Positions 57,427-64,000 of a stretch of DNA of 64,000 nt are shown here, one piece after another (position 1 is the first letter of the stretch; each line of letters begins with the position of its first letter). Below the pieces are notes generated by a model. The model was given only the letters and a program-made list of their open reading frames with translations, did no database searches and was not told the DNA's origin. Made by a program: the position numbers and the translations under genes. Source of the stretch: Coraliomargarita sp. (GTDB taxonomy: Bacteria; Verrucomicrobiota; Verrucomicrobiia; Opitutales; Coraliomargaritaceae); assembly GCA_965216325.1 (NCBI GenBank), contig OZ244160.1:1760001-1824000 (forward strand), in the 5' to 3' direction.

Positions 57427-58584
57427 ATGACCGACTCTGCTGGCGCTCCAACTGTTTCCACGCCACCCCGTTCCAGCCGGATCGCAGCCATCGATTGGAT
57501 GCGCGGATTGGTCATGATTTTAATGGTCATCGACCACGTCTCGATGGCCTTCAACGGTGGTCATAATTCCAAGGATACGGTCGCTTTGGCTGATCCGACC
57601 ACAGTCTTCGAGCCCTTTGCTTTTTTGACCCGCTGGGCGACTCACCTCTGTGCCCCCACCTTTGTGTTTCTTGCAGGCACCGCGCTGGCTCTTTCAATTG
57701 AGCGTAAACTGGAGAAAGGTGCGGATTCTAAATCGATCGATCGTGGCTTGCTCACACGTGGTGCATTTATCGCTCTGCTCGATCCGACACTGGTTTCACT
57801 CTTTTCCGGCCGCTGGACGATTCAGGTGCTCTATGTGATTGGCGTCTCGATGATGTGTATGGCTGTGCTGCGACGCCTTTCGACCAAGTGGCTGCTGGCG
57901 ATTGTTGGCTTCTGGTTTGTTGCTGGCGATGCGATCACGATGTCGATTTGGGATCCGACGGACCACACGCCGTCGATTTGGTCGTCTCTGTTGTTTGTGC
58001 AATACAGCGACCCGGGTGTGATGGTGATCAAATACCCGCTGATTCCGTGGCTGATGATGATGGTGCTGGGCTGGCTCTTTGGCCGCTACCTGCTGAATTA
58101 CAACAATGGCAAGTCACAGTTGGACCCGATGAAGCTCCTTTTGTCGGGCGGCTTGGCCTTCCTTGCGGCCTTCGGTGTGATTCGCTGGCTGAACGGCTAC
58201 GGCAATGCTGGACTGCTGCGGCCCGACGATACCTGGCAATGGTTCCTTCGGGTTTCGAAGTATCCGCCCTCACTCACCTTTACGCTTCTCGAGTTGGGCG
58301 TGCTTGCTGTCCTCCTAGCATTAATGATGATTTGGGAGCGACGCTTTGGTAGTCGCCCGAATGGGGCGCTGCTGGTGTTTGGACAGACTGCGATGTTCTT
58401 TTATTTGGTCCACCGCATTGTGCTCGAGGGTCCTGCGACCTACCTCGGTTTGCGCGGCTTTGGTGATTTGGGCACGACTTATTTGATTAGCGCTCTGCTG
58501 CTAGTGGCCTTGTATCCAGTCTGTCTCTGGTATCGAGGACTTAAGCAACGCCACCGCGGAGCGGCTTGGACGACGTATTTGTAG
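57427..58584 (+). CDS. DUF1624 / heparan-alpha-glucosaminide N-acetyltransferase-like membrane protein
   Basis: RIAAIDWMRGLVMILMVIDH, TRW.THLCAPTFVFLAG and KYPPSL. Confidence 0.85.
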   Translation: MTDSAGAPTVSTPPRSSRIAAIDWMRGLVMILMVIDHVSMAFNGGHNSKDTVALADPTTVFEPFAFLTRWATHLCAPTFVFLAGTALALSIERKLEKGADSKSIDRGLLTRGAFIALLDPTLVSLFSGRWTIQVLYVIGVSMMCMAVLRRLSTKWLLAIVGFWFVAGDAITMSIWDPTDHTPSIWSSLLFVQYSDPGVMVIKYPLIPWLMMMVLGWLFGRYLLNYNNGKSQLDPMKLLLSGGLAFLAAFGVIRWLNGYGNAGLLRPDDTWQWFLRVSKYPPSLTFTLLELGVLAVLLALMMIWERRFGSRPNGALLVFGQTAMFFYLVHRIVLEGPATYLGLRGFGDLGTTYLISALLLVALYPVCLWYRGLKQRHRGAAWTTYL

Positions 58585-58652
58585 GGGTAGGACCTTTGCT
58601 GGCAGGGTTTCGTAATTCTGGGACTGCTTCGTAGTAGGCTTGTTTTGAAAAG

Positions 58653-58759
58653 CACCTCCCCGTCTCGCTTCGCGATCCACCCCTCCTCGTCAAGGAGGGG
58701 AACCGGTATCTGCTCGTCGTTTTAGAAAGCTCCTCCACTGCTAAGCGGATAGGAGGGGT
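58653..58759. repeat. CCCCTCC/GGAGGGG palindromic repeat element, copy 2
   Basis: CACCCCTCCTCGTCAAGGAGGGGA...AGAAAGCTCCTCCACTGCTAAG. Confidence 0.75.
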
Positions 58760-58767
58760 ATTTTGAC

Positions 58768-58813
58768 GGTAGACCTAATCAATGAGCGGCAGCCTCGGCG
58801 AGGCTGCCCTACC
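58768..58813. repeat. REP-like hairpin ending in CTAC
   Basis: GGTAG ... GGCAGCCTCGGCGAGGCTGCCCTACC. Confidence 0.6.
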
Positions 58814-58831
58814 TATAGGAATCTGACTGAA

Positions 58832-60596
<1,765 letters not shown>

Positions 60597-60853
60597 AACT
60601 GTCTGAAATGGTCTCTGGCGTGGAGAACTCCCGATGTGGGGTTCGTCGAACACGTTCGAGTTGGGTTTGGTTTAAAAGTTAAAAAATGAAGCCACGAGGA
60701 CTGTCAGCATTGGCAGTGGTGGCAACGGTATTCGTAACGGTGTCACGAAATTGTTACTCATGCCGTAGCGTGCAGTTTTAACAAACGCTCTCCGTGTTGT
60801 AAGTTTACAGCTGATTGGTTCGTGCTCTGTAAAGCGTTTGCTGAAGCGGCACG

Positions 60854-61507
60854 CTACGATCCTCGAAGGTGCTCAACCAGTTCGCGCAGCGAATGCACGA
60901 CGGGCGCGCCGGTCTCGGCGAGGCGTTTGGGGCAGTGGTGGCCGTGGGCCATGAGGATACAATCGGTGCCAATGGCCTCGGCGACTTCGAAATCGTGCAG
61001 GGTATCGCCAATCATCACACACTGGCTCGGCTCCCACTCGAGTTGCTCGATCCAGTGGCGGCCTTGTTCGACTTTGCCGCGGGCGTAGATGTTGTCGGTG
61101 CCGACGAGGCCTAGGAAGTGATCGCGGATGCCGTAGTGGCCGATGCCGGTCTCAAGGGCTTCTTGTTTGGCGGCTGAGAGCACGGAGTGTGTCATGCCGA
61201 GCTCGCTGAGGTGTAGGAGGGTGTTGTTTGCCTCGCTGTGGAGCACGCATTCGTCGAGCCAGCGGGCCTCGTAGTCGCCGATGAATTCCTTGCTGACCTT
61301 GTCGAAGCTGTCTACGTCGACATCAAAGCCGAGGTATTCATAGAAGTGAATGACGGGGAAGCCGAAATTTTGGCGGTAGTCGTCCTCCGAGATGGGTCCC
61401 CTGCCCCGCTTTGCGAGTAAACCGTTGAGGACTTCCACGCACAGCCAAGTGTCGTTCAGTAAGGTGCCATTCCAGTCCCAGATGGCGTGTTGGTAGCGGG
61501 CGGTCAT
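60854..61507 (-). CDS. HAD family phosphatase (Gph-like)
   Basis: IWDWNGTL, VLSA and MIGDTLHD. Confidence 0.88.
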   Translation of the reverse strand: MTARYQHAIWDWNGTLLNDTWLCVEVLNGLLAKRGRGPISEDDYRQNFGFPVIHFYEYLGFDVDVDSFDKVSKEFIGDYEARWLDECVLHSEANNTLLHLSELGMTHSVLSAAKQEALETGIGHYGIRDHFLGLVGTDNIYARGKVEQGRHWIEQLEWEPSQCVMIGDTLHDFEVAEAIGTDCILMAHGHHCPKRLAETGAPVVHSLRELVEHLRGS

Positions 61508-61932
61508 TAATCGAGTAAATCGGGTTTACGCTGAAACAGCACGACGGGCACTTGCATGAGTGCTAGGAAAATCAAGCTTCCCTCGAGTCCGGGCACACCG
61601 AGTCGTTCGCCCTGCTCGGCCATCTCCATATAAGCGAACATTACCGAGACGATCATCAAGAACACGAATCCAACCGATGCGATCGTCAAAGCGCCGAAGG
61701 CAAATTTCCAGCCACTGTCTTTGATGCGTTGAAATGGGAGGTTCACTAGGAGGCCGTAGATCAGAAAGTAGCTGCCTTTCACGGTGTCGAGTGTGTCGAG
61801 CGTGCTTGAAGTGAGTATCAGCGCCGCTGCGACCACGAGACCGATGCCCATCAGCCGCCCTGCCCAGCGGGCATACTGCAGGCCTTTGATGGTGCTCGGT
61901 GAGATGTTGCTGGCTTCGGGTGAGTCGCTCAT
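61507..61932 (-). CDS. hypothetical membrane protein
   Basis: 141 aa with four hydrophobic segments; translationally coupled to both neighbours. Confidence 0.75.
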   Translation of the reverse strand: MSDSPEASNISPSTIKGLQYARWAGRLMGIGLVVAAALILTSSTLDTLDTVKGSYFLIYGLLVNLPFQRIKDSGWKFAFGALTIASVGFVFLMIVSVMFAYMEMAEQGERLGVPGLEGSLIFLALMQVPVVLFQRKPDLLD

Positions 61933-62471
61933 TGGAACAGGCTGAGCAGATCACAGCCATCCCTGCGCTCGGCGTCAAGCAGTGCGAGCTTACGGTCTGC
62001 CCCCCAGCGGTAGTTTCCAGTCGTTCCGGAGGCGTTCACGATCCGGTGGCAGGGAATGAGTAGGCAAATCGGGTTGGCTGCGACGGCGGTGCCCACGGCG
62101 CGGGCGGCCTTCGGTTGGCCAATCTGCTCGGCAAGCTCAGCGTAGCTCTGTTTCTTGCCTGGGGGCAGCTCTAGCAATTGCTGCCACACAGATTTCTGAT
62201 AGTCGGTTCCTTCCGGAGCTAGGTAACTCCATTGAGTTGTGGGTGCGAGTTTTTGAAAGGCATTGAGCCACTTCAAAAAGGCTTCACGAAAGACACTGTC
62301 GGCCCAGCCTTCATGGCTAGGATCATCGTCAAAATAGAGGGCACTCAGGCCACGGTCACTGAATTTTGCGCAGATGGGTCCCCAACGGGTCAGCATGCGG
62401 CAGCCGACTTCTTGGGGATTCGCATAGTGAACCAATGTAGTGAACAAATTATCATTTAATATACTTGCCAT
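61929..62471 (-). CDS. ogt: methylated-DNA--protein-cysteine methyltransferase (start may be 62396)
   Basis: GT.YQ..VW, SY..LA..IG.PKAARAVG.A..ANP and active-site IPCHRI. Confidence 0.92.
   Translation of the reverse strand: MASILNDNLFTTLVHYANPQEVGCRMLTRWGPICAKFSDRGLSALYFDDDPSHEGWADSVFREAFLKWLNAFQKLAPTTQWSYLAPEGTDYQKSVWQQLLELPPGKKQSYAELAEQIGQPKAARAVGTAVAANPICLLIPCHRIVNASGTTGNYRWGADRKLALLDAERRDGCDLLSLFQ
62439..62456. promoter_or_regulatory. putative SOS-like operator upstream of recA
   Basis: AGTGAACAAATTATCATT, with an extra TAGTGAAC half-site at 62425; matches the dinB site. Confidence 0.45.
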
Positions 62472-62530
62472 GGGCTAGAGGGGAGCCTATCGAACTGTTA
62501 AACAATCGGTAACACTCAACCACTACGCAC

Positions 62531-63607
62531 ATGCCCGCTAAGACACAAATTAAAAAGGTAGAACGCTCCCCTGAAGCAGACCGCAAGAACCTCGAACTCG
62601 CGATCTCTGGCATTAATAAGCAATTCGGTCCCGGTGCGTTGATGCGCCTGGGCGAGGCCGCGCAAATGGAAGTCGATACCATTTCAACTGGCTCCATTGC
62701 GATCGATATCGCGCTCGGCACCGGCGGTCTCCCACGTGGCCGTATCTGTGAAATCTACGGTCCGGAAAGTTCCGGTAAGACAACGTTCTGTTTGAGCTGC
62801 ATCGCCCAAGCCCAGAAGCAAGGTGGCAACGCGGTTTTCATCGACGTGGAGCACGCACTGGACCCACGCTATGCGAAGGTGGTTGGTGTGGATCTCGATA
62901 ACCTGATGGTATCCCAACCCGAAAGCGGTGAAGACGCGCTCAACATTACAGAAACACTTATCCGTTCCGGTGCGGTCGACATTATCGTCGTCGACTCCGT
63001 TGCGGCACTGGTGTCCAAGAACGAGCTCGATGGCCAAATGGGTGATACCACTGTCGGCCTGCAAGCCCGTATGATGAGCCAGGCAATGCGTCGTCTCACG
63101 GGTGCGATCAACAAGACCAACTGTGTGGTGCTCTTCACCAATCAGATCCGTGAAAAGATCGGTGTCATGTTTGGCAGCCCTGAGACACAGCCGGGTGGTC
63201 GTGCGCTCAAGTTCTTTGCATCGGTTCGTATGGATATCCGCCGCACCGGACAGATCAAGGAGTCCGGTGGTAAGGTCGTTGGTAACCGCACGCGCATTAA
63301 GATCGTGAAGAACAAGGTCGCTCCCCCGTTTACCGAGAGTGAGTTCGATATTATGTATAACGAGGGAATCTCCCACTCTGGTTCGCTGGTCGATCTCGGC
63401 GTTGAGCACAAAATCCTTGAGAAGAAGGGCTCATGGGTTGCCTATAAGGGCGAGATGATCGGTCAGGGCCGTGAAGCTGCGAAGACTCACATCCAGGAGA
63501 ATCCTGAGTTGGCCGACGAGTTGACTAAGCTGATTATGGAGAAGGTCCATCCGAAGGCCGGTGAATCGCTCACTGGCGATAGCGATGACGCTGAAAGCGC
63601 AGACTAA
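62531..63607 (+). CDS. recA: recombinase RecA
   Basis: [34 protein letters not shown] and GGRALKF. Confidence 0.99.
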   Translation: MPAKTQIKKVERSPEADRKNLELAISGINKQFGPGALMRLGEAAQMEVDTISTGSIAIDIALGTGGLPRGRICEIYGPESSGKTTFCLSCIAQAQKQGGNAVFIDVEHALDPRYAKVVGVDLDNLMVSQPESGEDALNITETLIRSGAVDIIVVDSVAALVSKNELDGQMGDTTVGLQARMMSQAMRRLTGAINKTNCVVLFTNQIREKIGVMFGSPETQPGGRALKFFASVRMDIRRTGQIKESGGKVVGNRTRIKIVKNKVAPPFTESEFDIMYNEGISHSGSLVDLGVEHKILEKKGSWVAYKGEMIGQGREAAKTHIQENPELADELTKLIMEKVHPKAGESLTGDSDDAESAD

Positions 63608-63662
63608 AAGCTGTGCTTAGCCTCCCTCTTTTTTGGGCTGCGCTAGGTCGATATTTTCCTGC

Positions 63663-63704
63663 TAAGGCATTGCTGTGAATGATCACGGCAATGCCTTATT
63701 TTTT
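63663..63704 (+). terminator. rho-independent terminator of recA
   Basis: TAAGGCATTGCTGTGA-ATGA-TCACGGCAATGCCTTA followed by a T-run. Confidence 0.85.
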
Positions 63705-63868
63705 GAATGCATCCGACTTTGTCGAATAGGCGTCTCGACCGTTCCCTTGTCCTGAAGACCGTGGCAAGACGCCATGCCACAATCGAAGCCAATGCTTCAC
63801 AAATGAATGTGCTTCATCGCCTTGCGCTCTTGACCTGACGCTGGAATCCGCGAAGTTAGCGGGTTCCT

Positions 63869-64000
63869 ATGCCAGCCACAGATACAATTGTCGCACTCTC
63901 CACTCCAGTCGGTGAATCTGCTATTGCAGTCATTCGTCTGAGTGGTCCTGCCTGTGCCGAACTTGGTGAAGCCGTCTTCAAGCGCGCGAAGCCACTTAAA
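63869..64000 (+). CDS. mnmE: tRNA modification GTPase MnmE (3' truncated by window edge)
   Basis: Manual translation MPATDTIVALSTPVGESAIAVIRLSG matches the MnmE N-terminus. Confidence 0.88.
   Translation, partial: MPATDTIVALSTPVGESAIAVIRLSGPACAELGEAVFKRAKPLK

Overview
64 kb of a bacterial chromosome. The taxon is probably a verrucomicrobial (Opitutae/Coraliomargarita-like) organism; this is inferred from the DUF5069 protein, an OmcB-like DUF11 lipoprotein and general gene content. Most of the window is housekeeping: cydB (partial), nadC-birA-coaX, dinB, ftsK, grpE-dnaJ-purN, prmA, prfA-prmC, gnd, dnaN, pssA, ispH, miaB, ahpC-ahpD, pflB-pflA, ogt, recA and mnmE (partial). No rRNA, tRNA, CRISPR array or transposase was seen. 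Main highlights: (1) A 12.5-kb minus-strand nitrogen-scavenging operon encodes an ABC transporter, a creatininase-family amidohydrolase, a type-III glutamine-synthetase-like ligase, CgdA/CgdB, an Asp-type urea/guanidine carboxylase and a frameshifted allophanate hydrolase. It has no visible guanidine riboswitch. Instead it has a sigma54-type promoter and a perfect GTAATA-N16-TATTAC operator next to a divergent NikR-fold regulator that has lost most nickel ligands, making it a candidate undescribed pathway and protein sensor for a substituted guanidine. (2) A probable oriC lies directly upstream of dnaN, with non-canonical DnaA-box-like sites, DnaA-trio-like repeats, an AT-rich element and a strand-composition switch, but no adjacent dnaA. 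(3) dinB and recA share an upstream AGTGAAC-N4-type SOS-like site. (4) A catalytically degenerate SDR is fused to Arg-rich repeats and a histone-H1-like tail. (5) An OmcB-like lipoprotein has no cysteines in its mature chain beyond the lipobox Cys. (6) Many GTAG...CTAC REP-like elements are present. All calls come from reading motifs by eye; no database search was run.
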